Below, piece by piece: positions 50,758 to 59,390 of a DNA stretch of 64,000 bases; the stretch's first letter is position 1; every line of letters starts with the position of its first letter. Made by a program: the position numbers and the translations under genes. Source of the DNA: a virus. Where the stretch lies: positions 8,520 through 72,519 of IMG/VR virus record IMGVR_UViG_3300017917_003866; one strand, given 5' to 3'. The notes under the pieces were generated by a model. It searched no databases. It was not told the origin of the DNA and was given only the letters and a program-made list of their open reading frames with translations.

Positions 50758-52775
50758 TGCCTGGAATAAAATATTTATCGGACATATACGAGAAAAAAGG
50801 AAAGTCCTTTATTGAGAATCTTTTCAATAAAAATTTAACAGTAACTGAAAATTTGGATGGTCCATCTTTTTCTTTCGAGCGAGATTTTACTGGAGACAAT
50901 ATATCTTTTTATAAAAAAGATCAAGATAATCCTATAACTAAGGTTGATAGGATTTTAATGAGATATTACGAAAAACCTATAAGTTATATAGAATCTATAT
51001 CTCCTGAAATTATGAATCAGCTTCCTAAGGGATGGAGATTCGGAATGATTTATTTTCCGAATACTAAGCCTGTTAGAATAGAGTATGATAGAATACCAAA
51101 AAACCATTTAATACTAACACATGTAATGGTTAGGGATGAGTTTGGTGAAATTATAGATAATATCCAAGACAAAAGTGAATTGGACGAATGGGCTGATAAA
51201 TTAGGCGTTGAAAGATCTCCTATTATTTTTCAAGGGAAGTTAAATAGAGATCAGAAGATATCCATAATGGATTTTCTTTCTACCCCTCTTATGGATTTAA
51301 AAAATAAATTTAAAACCGAGAGTTTTACCAAATATCTAATATCTATTTTAAATAAAAATGTTGAATCCACCACATTAGGAAAGGATTTACAGGGTGAAAT
51401 AGATTCTCTAGTTTTTAGATTTGAAGACGAGGAGGGAAAGGAAGAGACTGTTTTAGCAAAAATGGTAGATCCGGTTTTCCATGAAATAAATAAAAGCAGA
51501 AAGGTTACTCAGACCTCTTATTTTCCTAGTGATGTTTATTCTTTATGTCTTATAGACGTAATGAATTTTATATTAGAGACTGGAGTAGAAAATTTTATAG
51601 CTTATGGAAATGACCCAGAGGAAAGATACATTGGTTTTGTTTTCGATGTATTTAAAAAATTCATATACGAGGAGGGAGAAAAATACGTAGGCGCAGATTT
51701 TCAAAAACCAGAGTATTTAAAAAGCGAGGGGTTTGAAATAAATAAGGATCTAATAAAAGATGATGAGGTATTAAAGTTTATTGAGGATGACGAAGTTTAT
51801 ATAGACATACTTCAAATGATACTTAATTCATTTAGAAAGCTCAAAAGAAAACCTCATGGATTTTTCACAGAAGGCCTAATACAGCAGTTTAATATGTTAG
51901 TAGAAGAAATAGCTAATTATATAAATGCTAAGAAAAAAGAGCTTGTAGAGGAATCTTTAGGGGTTCCAAGTTTTGTATGGTTTAAAAAAGTTGGAGCTAG
52001 ATTTAATCCTATATTAAATGAAGAAGAGAGCGAAGATGAATATGAAGAATTGGAGGAGATAATAGATGGTACACTTCCTGATAATATCGTTCCACTTAAC
52101 GAGTCTGAAGATAATTCTCTTCTAAAAAAAGAGGATGATTCAGATAATAAAGACACCTCAGAATTTTTCTCGTTTAAAGATTTTAAAAAAGTAGTATCTA
52201 CTCATAAGGAAAAAAGAAAAATAAAGATATTGAACGAAAATAATAGTAAGGTAAATATAGTAATTGGGAAATTTCAACCATTTAATAATGGGCACTTAAA
52301 AATGTGTACAAGATTAAAGAAAGAAAACAATTTACCAGTTTTTCTTTGTGTAGTACATCCAGGAAGCGAGCCTGGTTCTAAATATCCCTTCTCGGAGGAT
52401 TTGATAAAAAAATCAATAGGATCTTTAACATCAGAGAATAATAAATTATTTGCTGGGTACGAAATAATACCATCTAATCTTTTGGAGGATGCCATAAATT
52501 CAGTTGCAAAACATGCTAATCCTGCTTCAATTTGCATAGGGGAAAGAGATTTTGAAAATATGGTTTTACAGAGAGAATGGGTAAGAAACAAATACGATTT
52601 AGAAGGAGGAGATATAGAAATATACAAAACCCCCCAATGGTCTAATAATAATGATATTAGAAAATCTATAAAAGATGGTGACTTTCAACAATTTAAAAGC
52701 AAAGTACCTAAATCTATAGCAGTTCTTTTCAATGAATTTACTAAACAAATAAACGGTTCTGAGGAGGATATATAA
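50757..52775 (+). CDS. Fusion of RNA-ligase-like N-terminal domain and HIGH-family cytidylyltransferase-like C-terminal domain
   Basis: VTENLDG (ligase motif I-like), PIIFQG, LVFRF, LAKMVD; C-terminal IVIGKFQPFNNGH...PFS; ATG at 50757 overlaps the upstream TGA. Confidence 0.6.
   Translation: MPGIKYLSDIYEKKGKSFIENLFNKNLTVTENLDGPSFSFERDFTGDNISFYKKDQDNPITKVDRILMRYYEKPISYIESISPEIMNQLPKGWRFGMIYFPNTKPVRIEYDRIPKNHLILTHVMVRDEFGEIIDNIQDKSELDEWADKLGVERSPIIFQGKLNRDQKISIMDFLSTPLMDLKNKFKTESFTKYLISILNKNVESTTLGKDLQGEIDSLVFRFEDEEGKEETVLAKMVDPVFHEINKSRKVTQTSYFPSDVYSLCLIDVMNFILETGVENFIAYGNDPEERYIGFVFDVFKKFIYEEGEKYVGADFQKPEYLKSEGFEINKDLIKDDEVLKFIEDDEVYIDILQMILNSFRKLKRKPHGFFTEGLIQQFNMLVEEIANYINAKKKELVEESLGVPSFVWFKKVGARFNPILNEEESEDEYEELEEIIDGTLPDNIVPLNESEDNSLLKKEDDSDNKDTSEFFSFKDFKKVVSTHKEKRKIKILNENNSKVNIVIGKFQPFNNGHLKMCTRLKKENNLPVFLCVVHPGSEPGSKYPFSEDLIKKSIGSLTSENNKLFAGYEIIPSNLLEDAINSVAKHANPASICIGERDFENMVLQREWVRNKYDLEGGDIEIYKTPQWSNNNDIRKSIKDGDFQQFKSKVPKSIAVLFNEFTKQINGSEEDI
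52767..52774 (+). promoter_or_regulatory. Candidate late promoter (GATATATA)
   Basis: Upstream of the peptidase gene; GATATATAAAATAA is identical to the copy at 54637. Confidence 0.5.
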
Positions 52776-52792
52776 AATAATTAAATGGAGAA

Positions 52793-53650
52793 ATGAAAAG
52801 AATATTATCCTTCAGCGATTTTGCTATTTTTGAATATAACGGTTTTGGATACTCAGCTAATAATTTAAATGAAGCTGTTTATCTAGACGAGAGAAATAAA
52901 ACTCCACATAATCCAGATGCTCTTAAAAAAATGAGGGCGTGTGTTTTTTTACTTAATGCTTCATATCCGTTTTTTGCTTCTATGTTATCTAGATTATTAA
53001 TCAGAGAAAATAGAAATCTTAGATTTAAAACAATGGCAACCGACGGGGTTAGTATACATTACGACCCGGATTTTGTTCTTGCCCATACAGACGAAGAAAT
53101 AATATGGGTAATCGCACACGAAGTTTTACATAACACCCTAGTTCACTTTCTAAGATGTCCTAAGGATAAAACAAAAGCTGGTGTATGGAATGTCGCTGCA
53201 GATTATGCTCTGAATCAACTCTTAACCCCAATAGATCCAGCAACAGCGGATACTACTAAGCCCACACCTGCTGGAAAAGGAGGGATAGGAAAAATGGTAG
53301 AGGGATCACTTTATCCTGGATGTGGACACGTTCCTTATGATTATGAGTTTGTAAATAGGACTGCGGAATGGATATACAACAAACTCCTGGAAAATGGATA
53401 TGTACCGGAACCTGGTGATGATCCTAAACCTACACCACCACCACCGCCACCACCAAAAGATCCCATAGTTGGAGATATTATATACGATCCAGGAAATCAA
53501 TCTTATGGGATAGTTAAATCTATAGACGAAAATTCTGGAGATCTTGAATATGACCCGATACCTAAAGAAAAAGTAAAAGAATATTTAAAAAGAAAATCTA
53601 AAGGTGAAAATATCTTAGGTGATGACATAGAAAAAGAACTAGACTTCTAA
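52793..53650 (+). CDS. Putative metallopeptidase (DUF2201 N-terminal-like)
   Basis: PFFASML, TMATDG..IHYDPDFV, IAHEVLH (HEXXH), WNVAADYALN; poly-Pro linker and small C-terminal beta domain. Confidence 0.85.
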   Translation: MKRILSFSDFAIFEYNGFGYSANNLNEAVYLDERNKTPHNPDALKKMRACVFLLNASYPFFASMLSRLLIRENRNLRFKTMATDGVSIHYDPDFVLAHTDEEIIWVIAHEVLHNTLVHFLRCPKDKTKAGVWNVAADYALNQLLTPIDPATADTTKPTPAGKGGIGKMVEGSLYPGCGHVPYDYEFVNRTAEWIYNKLLENGYVPEPGDDPKPTPPPPPPPKDPIVGDIIYDPGNQSYGIVKSIDENSGDLEYDPIPKEKVKEYLKRKSKGENILGDDIEKELDF

Positions 53651-53659
53651 TTTACCAAT

Positions 53660-54631
53660 ATGAAAGCTAAAATAACAGATATAAGAATACAGGAATTACC
53701 GGAATCAGGTACAGGTACAGGTACAGGAACTCCATCTCCAGAAAATGTTGATCGATGGGGAGAAGACGTACAGGATAATGATGTACCAGAAAGAAATCCT
53801 GATGGTACATTAGAGGATTCAGAATTTAAAAGAGTCGATAGCCCAGGACCATCAGCTCCAGAGGGGTATAACCCAGGAGAAATACTCAGACCTGGTGAAC
53901 TTGGAGATCTTGGAGGTGATTCTGGATTAAACGGAGAAAGCTTAGCTGAGGAATGGGAGGATATTTCTAGATTAGCTGAGAAAACAGCAGGTAATATACC
54001 AGGATCTCTTAAAAGAGCTTTGGCTAAGATTAAGAAGCCAGTAGTAGATTGGAAAGCTGAACTAGCTAAGTATATAGACGAGGCTATATCTAAATCTAAA
54101 TACACATTACCTGCTAGAAGATTCCTTGGAGCAGGAAAAGCTCAGTATGGATATAAGAGATACAAGGAGGATTTCGAAAATGTGGTGGTTGCTATAGATA
54201 CATCAGGGTCTATTACTAGGGATATGATAGAACAATTCCTTGGCGAGGTTATGAAAATAACTGATGTTTATACTCCACAAAAAACTGTAATATTATATTG
54301 TGATACTCAGGTTTATGAACCGGATATATTAGAGCCAGGAGATTTACCAGATCTTAATAAAATAGCTGGTGGGGGTGGGACTTATTTTTGGCCTCCTTTT
54401 AAATGGGTTCAAAAAAATATGATGGAAGAGGGTGAAAAACCTACAATATTTATATACTTTACTGACGGGGAAGCTACATTCCCTTCTGAGCAGGATTATG
54501 ATATTGCGGATTATTCTGATAGATGTATCTGGGTATTTGTTACATTCAACGATCAGCCTTACCCTAATCCACAGCCTTTCGGAGAAAGAATAGACATTGT
54601 TCTTGCTAATAAGAACGCGAAAAGAATATAA
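53660..54631 (+). CDS. vWA domain protein (DUF2201 C-terminal-like)
   Basis: PVVDWKAEL, MIDAS VVAIDTSGSI, YCDT, GGGGTYFWPPF, IYFTDG. Confidence 0.88.
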   Translation: MKAKITDIRIQELPESGTGTGTGTPSPENVDRWGEDVQDNDVPERNPDGTLEDSEFKRVDSPGPSAPEGYNPGEILRPGELGDLGGDSGLNGESLAEEWEDISRLAEKTAGNIPGSLKRALAKIKKPVVDWKAELAKYIDEAISKSKYTLPARRFLGAGKAQYGYKRYKEDFENVVVAIDTSGSITRDMIEQFLGEVMKITDVYTPQKTVILYCDTQVYEPDILEPGDLPDLNKIAGGGGTYFWPPFKWVQKNMMEEGEKPTIFIYFTDGEATFPSEQDYDIADYSDRCIWVFVTFNDQPYPNPQPFGERIDIVLANKNAKRI

Positions 54632-54636
54632 AAATA

Positions 54637-54644
54637 GATATATA
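54637..54644 (+). promoter_or_regulatory. Candidate late promoter (GATATATA)
   Basis: Upstream of the AAA ATPase gene. Confidence 0.5.
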
Positions 54645-54658
54645 AAATAAAAAAAATA

Positions 54659-56267
54659 ATGGGAAAGAGAATTTATAATTTTGACGAGTTTGTAAATGAA
54701 TCCTATATGAATGAGGGATTTTTCTCTGATCTAGGTTCAAAAATATCTACTTGGGCAAAAAATTTATATAACGCTGTTAAATCTGGTATTGTTAGATTAA
54801 TATCTTCAGGTCCTAAATCAGGAACCCCGAGAGTTGCTCTATTTGATGATTCAAAAAGTGAATCTATATTAGATCAGGTTAATAATTTTTATAAAGGAAC
54901 TGAGTACTATAATATGAATAACCTGCAAATTCCAGAGACTATGCAGGAGAGTTTCCTATGGGAAGATGCAGTTCCTCTAGAGTATCCTATGAAGGATGAT
55001 ATTCCTAATTATAGCGAAGCCGAAATAAAAACGGATATCAAGAGAAGCATGAGAGAAATCTTTAGGATAGCTGATGAAATGGATGCTGCCGCACAATCTG
55101 GAGCTAGCGAAGATGAGATAGATGATATTTACAGAGGTATATTAGATGTTAAGCCTATATTTATATACGGAGCTCCTGGAATTGGTAAAACACAAATTGT
55201 AGCTCAAGTATGCGATGAACTAGGAAAAGAACTATATGGTCACAAGCTTTCATTAGTTAACGTAGATGGTGAAAACGCAGAGCCTGTAGATTTTGCTGGT
55301 GTACCTAGTGTAGTAGACATCGAAACTCCATCTGAAGAAAACCCTATCGGTAGAGGAGTTACAAGATCTAATATTAATGCAGATATATTACCTTACGATA
55401 ACGGAAGAAACGGAAAAGGAGGTATAATATTTATTGACGAGCTAAATAGGATGCCGGAAGAGGTTATCAAAATATTTATGAAGCTAGCACAATCTAGAAG
55501 AGTTGGTAATAATTATAAAATTCCTTCTAGATGGTATATCGTTGCAGCAGGTAACAGAAAAGAGGATGATCCTAGAGGAGGAATAAAAGAATTAGGAACA
55601 GCTCTTAGAGATAGATTCGAGGCAGTTAACTTTGTTCCTACTATAAAAGGATTTAGAAAATATGTTGAGACTAGCAGATATAAAGACGTTGTTTTACCAG
55701 AACTACTAGATTTCTTAGAATTCCAACCTGACTTCTTCCATAATTTAGATCCTGGTCTTAAGAAAACTAAATATCCTACTCCTAGAGCTTGGGTAGATGC
55801 TTCAAACTCTTTAAAAAGAGCTATTAGAGAATTAGAATCAAAAGGAGTTACAGAAATTCCTGATGAGGTTATAAGAAGAGAATTTACTAAGAACGTTGGT
55901 CACGATGCTACTGCAGCTTTTATAAATTTCTATAAAATAGCTAAAGATATTCCAGTTAGGGATCTTATGCTTCCTTTTACTGATCCAGATAAAGCACCAG
56001 TACCTGCAGACAAAGGAAACAGACCTGATTATACACATGCTTTAATGGGAGCGGTTCTTAGAAAAAGTAAAGAAATTAATCTAACTCCTAAAGAAGTTTG
56101 TAATTGGGCTAAATGGCTAGAAAGAACTGATCTTGAAGAGGAAGGAGCTGCAGCTATTAATACTTTCTTTAATTTGCATCCTGCACTACAAAAAGATCCT
56201 GCAATGTACGCTTGTGTAGCACCTCTAGCTGACAGATGGGGAGCTAAATTGGGTATATCATTATAAA
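54659..56267 (+). CDS. MoxR/dynein-related AAA+ ATPase
   Basis: Walker A GAPGIGKT, Walker B IIFIDELNR, IVAAGNR, ALRDRF, PTPRAW. Confidence 0.88.
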
Positions 56268-56539
56268 TGAAAAAATATAGTCAAATAAAAGAGGGTCATA
56301 CCTACAAGTATGACCTTTCTAATAGTAAAAAACTTCTAGAAGAAGCCATAGAGAGAATAAATATGGTAAAGGAGGAGTTTTCTAAATTAGAAGATATAGA
56401 CTTACAAGAATTAGAAGAAGGTTGGAACCTTATAGATAAATACTATGGAAACGTTGTTAGAGGGGAAATATTTAAAAGAAAGAAAAAAAGATATATTCCA
56501 AATACCTCAGCAGTTTTTCCAAGAAAAGGAGATAGCTAA
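56267..56539 (+). CDS. Hypothetical protein
   Basis: 90 aa; abuts the AAA gene; N-terminus MKKYSQIKEG. Confidence 0.55.
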   Translation: MKKYSQIKEGHTYKYDLSNSKKLLEEAIERINMVKEEFSKLEDIDLQELEEGWNLIDKYYGNVVRGEIFKRKKKRYIPNTSAVFPRKGDS

Positions 56540-56541
56540 TT

Positions 56542-57078
56542 ATGAGACATATAAAATTATTTGAACAGTTTTTATTAGAGGAGGACGGATTCGGTAGAGA
56601 CTTCTTTGTTAAAAAGAAGGATGGCAAGGTTTCGAAATACTTCTTTAAGATAGAGGGCGAGGAAGACGATCATGGATTCATTGTTAATATTGGTAAACTT
56701 TCCAGAGGATCTTCTATAGACGAAGCTGAAAATAGCTACTGTGTAATATCAGTAGAGCCTATAAAAACTAGTGTACTGGATGACTATTTAGTAAAAGATA
56801 CAGATTATAAATCTAGAGAAGACGATGATTTTTCTTTAACTAAATCTGAGTTCATGAGATTTTATAGAATATTAGGTGAAGCCATAAAAGATTATCTCCA
56901 AAATAATCCTAAGGTCTCTAAAATATATGATGAGATTCCTCTTAACCTTAATATAGATATTTCAGAATATAAAGATAGGGTAACATCTTTAATGGATGAA
57001 TGGAGCTATGAAAAATGGAGTATACAGGACGGAGCTGAAGAGCGAACATTACTTTATAGTAGAAGAGACCATGATTAA
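56542..57078 (+). CDS. Hypothetical protein, putative internal head protein
   Basis: N-terminus MRHIKLFEQFLLEE. Confidence 0.6.
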   Translation: MRHIKLFEQFLLEEDGFGRDFFVKKKDGKVSKYFFKIEGEEDDHGFIVNIGKLSRGSSIDEAENSYCVISVEPIKTSVLDDYLVKDTDYKSREDDDFSLTKSEFMRFYRILGEAIKDYLQNNPKVSKIYDEIPLNLNIDISEYKDRVTSLMDEWSYEKWSIQDGAEERTLLYSRRDHD

Positions 57079-57382
57079 TAATATTCTTTCATACGAAGAA
57101 TTTATAAACGAATCTAGAATTCCAATTGCTTGGGCTAAGCCATCGAATACTGCTATAAAGGTACTTTCATTTATAGGAGAAAAAGAAAAAGTAACTAAAA
57201 GGGAGCTTACTGAATTCTTAGATACCATACCTGAGGATGCCTCAGGAAAAAAACCTAGCATGAATTGGGTTAGAGGACAGAAAAAATATATAAAATATAA
57301 AGTCCAGGAAGAAGAAGCCAACTATTTTTCATTAACTCCTCTAGGAAAAAGGATATTAAGGGTATCCAGAGTAAACGAATAA
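57071..57382 (+). CDS. Winged-helix-like protein, putative internal head protein
   Basis: Start at ATG 57071 (MINNILSYEEFINES); KVLSFIGEKEKVTKRELTEFL...YFSLTPLGKRIL fits a wHTH pattern. Confidence 0.55.
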   Translation: MINNILSYEEFINESRIPIAWAKPSNTAIKVLSFIGEKEKVTKRELTEFLDTIPEDASGKKPSMNWVRGQKKYIKYKVQEEEANYFSLTPLGKRILRVSRVNE

Positions 57383-57460
57383 AATCAATCATTTCCATTA
57401 AATCCTTTAAAAAATGAAACATTTTAATAGATTTGCTGTAAAATAATAAAATATTTAACA

Positions 57461-57640
57461 ATGGAAAATTACGAAAAAATCAAGGAATTGGTAGAAAGCA
57501 TGTCTAAAGACATCGAAGCTTTTTACGTTAAAGGAAACAAGTCTGCTGGTACAAGAGTAAGAACAGCTTGTCAGGATCTTAAAAAATTAGCTCAAGATCT
57601 TAGAGTTAACGTACAAGAAACTAAAAACACTAAAGCTTAA
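57461..57640 (+). CDS. Histone H1-like (Hc1-family) small DNA-binding protein; missing from the ORF track (59 aa)
   Basis: Hand translation: MENYEKIKELVESMSKDIEAFYVKGNKSAGTRVRTACQDLKKLAQDLRVNVQETKNTKA; KGNKSAGTRVR is the Hc1-family hallmark. Confidence 0.8.
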   Translation: MENYEKIKELVESMSKDIEAFYVKGNKSAGTRVRTACQDLKKLAQDLRVNVQETKNTKA

Positions 57641-57645
57641 TTCTT

Positions 57646-57876
57646 ATGGGTTATTACATTTGTAAGGTAAGCTTCTTTACTGGTGAAGTTTCTAAAAGTA
57701 CTGGTAAGGCAAAAGCATCTAAATCTGAAATATTAGTAGAAGCAGAAGGAGTAACTGAAGCAGAAACTAATGTTACTAAACACTTATCCGGAGATCTATC
57801 TTCTGCACATTTAGATTTCGAAGTAACTTCAGTATCTCAATCTAAGATTGAATCTGTTGTTCATCTTAAGGGATAA
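57646..57876 (+). CDS. DUF4494-like protein
   Basis: YYICKVSF...GKAK...EILVEAEGVTEAE...FEVTSVSQSKIESV resembles the Bacteroidota DUF4494 family. Confidence 0.65.
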   Translation: MGYYICKVSFFTGEVSKSTGKAKASKSEILVEAEGVTEAETNVTKHLSGDLSSAHLDFEVTSVSQSKIESVVHLKG

Positions 57877-57905
57877 TTTTTGTCATAATAAACTTGTTTG
57901 TTTTT

Positions 57906-57935
57906 ACCCTCGATATATACTATCGGGGGTTTTTT
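57906..57935 (+). terminator. Rho-independent terminator
   Basis: Hairpin ACCCTCGATA-tatac-TATCGGGGGT followed by a T-run, downstream of the Hc1/DUF4494 genes. Confidence 0.7.
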
Positions 57936-57953
57936 ATTTACCCTAAAAAATAT

Positions 57954-58127
57954 ATGGAAAAGAAAAAAACAAGATCCGCGGAGACAAGTTCATATGAGCC
58001 ACCTGTTTCACCTGTTAAAATACCTGATGGAGATACCGGTTTTAATATGGTAAAAAATAATTATCGTAGATTTATATGGACTTGGAATGAATATATAAAG
58101 AAAAAGCCAAAATTCCAAAAAACATAA
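57954..58127 (+). CDS. Small hypothetical protein
   Basis: ATG at 57954 (MEKKKTRS...), downstream of the terminator; C-terminal IWTWNEYIKKK. Confidence 0.5.
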   Translation: MEKKKTRSAETSSYEPPVSPVKIPDGDTGFNMVKNNYRRFIWTWNEYIKKKPKFQKT

Positions 58128-58131
58128 ATTT

Positions 58132-58464
58132 ATGCCAGCAGTATCTAGAACACAGCAAAGATTAATGGGACAAGCATACGGAGTTCGTAAATGGATGGAC
58201 ACTAATGGAAAGGAAGGTATAAATCCTAAAAATATAGATTCTGAGTATAGAGAAACTATTGTTGATATAGCTAATAATATGAAGAAGAAGGATCTTAAAC
58301 ATTATGCAGAAACAAAGCACAAAAAACTTCCTGAAAGAATAGAAGAGGGGATCGATACAATAATTCCACATCTTAGTCCGGAGGCTAATAAACCAAAAAA
58401 ATCTAAAAATAGGAAGATGCAGAATCTATCAGATTATAGAGAATTTATTAACAGAAAAAAATAA
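58132..58464 (+). CDS. DUF3008-like phage protein
   Basis: MPAVSRTQQRLMGQA...DLKHYAETKHKKLPE resembles the MPAKSKAQQ...ASTKHKGLPE family. Confidence 0.65.
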   Translation: MPAVSRTQQRLMGQAYGVRKWMDTNGKEGINPKNIDSEYRETIVDIANNMKKKDLKHYAETKHKKLPERIEEGIDTIIPHLSPEANKPKKSKNRKMQNLSDYREFINRKK

Positions 58465-58472
58465 ATAATAAC

Positions 58473-58940
58473 ATGAGCGAAGATTGCGGATGTGGAGGAA
58501 CCACAGATAATATAAGAAGCTACGAAAATCAAAGAGCCACTAAATACGATCAAGATCCTTTAGTAGGAAAAAAAGTATCCTTGGTAGATGGAAGAAGCGG
58601 AAGAGTTGATGATTCTATTAGAAACAGTGTGGGTGAAGTGATAGGATATGTGATAGAAGGCGAAAGAGGAATGTATAGGGTATTTAAGGATAAGATATCT
58701 TCTGAACTTGAAGAAAGTGGTGGTGCTATGGCTTCTTTAGCAGGAACACCAGGAATGGGTAACGTTATCCCTCCAGGTCCAGGAAGAACAGGGTCAGGTG
58801 ATCAATTTCCTAGCTTAACTGTAGGTACACCTGCTGCTAAAAAAAAGAAGAAAAAGGTTTCTAAAGAAAATCCTAGTCCTATAAGTAATTCGCTAATGGA
58901 TTTTAAAACATTCATGAACAATTCTAAAGCTAATCAGTAG
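58473..58940 (+). CDS. Hypothetical protein
   Basis: 155 aa; small beta domain, TPGMGNV motif, C-terminal LMDFKTFM. Confidence 0.6.
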   Translation: MSEDCGCGGTTDNIRSYENQRATKYDQDPLVGKKVSLVDGRSGRVDDSIRNSVGEVIGYVIEGERGMYRVFKDKISSELEESGGAMASLAGTPGMGNVIPPGPGRTGSGDQFPSLTVGTPAAKKKKKKVSKENPSPISNSLMDFKTFMNNSKANQ

Positions 58941-59051
58941 GGTTACATTTTGTCATTTTTAATAGTTAAAATTATCAGATACTGGAGACAAAATGTCTAA
59001 TTTTTAAAACGGTATTTGTTTTGTAATATCCTTATAAAAAATAAATAAGTT

Positions 59052-59381
59052 ATGTTTACAAAAGAATTACAATTACCAGTTTTACTTAACACCATTAGAA
59101 AATCACTAGGCGGTTATGTTTATAAGAATGGTGTTCTATTATTCGATGTTCCTGGATTTTCTAAGGAAGATATTGAAATTACTATAGAAGAAAACATAAT
59201 GCAAATCTATGGTAAGAAAGAAATCTTAGGAGAGGAATATGAAATTAGTAAGAAATTTTCTATACCTTATTATTATTTAGATTCTTCTAATCCAATAAAA
59301 GCAAAGGTTGAAAACGGTTTGCTATTCATCGAATTAACAAAAAGCGAAAAAAATAAACAAACTAAGGTTGAAATATCTTAA
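59052..59381 (+). CDS. Small heat shock protein (Hsp20/alpha-crystallin)
   Basis: FDVPGFSKEDIEITIEENIMQIYG...IKAKVENGLLFIEL. Confidence 0.88.
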   Translation: MFTKELQLPVLLNTIRKSLGGYVYKNGVLLFDVPGFSKEDIEITIEENIMQIYGKKEILGEEYEISKKFSIPYYYLDSSNPIKAKVENGLLFIELTKSEKNKQTKVEIS

Positions 59382-59390
59382 TTTAGCCTA

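Noticed and set aside
53647-54105. 152 aa minus-strand ORF and the other short antisense or overlapping ORFs in the track (e.g. 6751-7191, 10132-10614, 39476-39853, 52274-52627)
   Set aside because: They are shadows of well-supported + strand genes with no recognisable motifs
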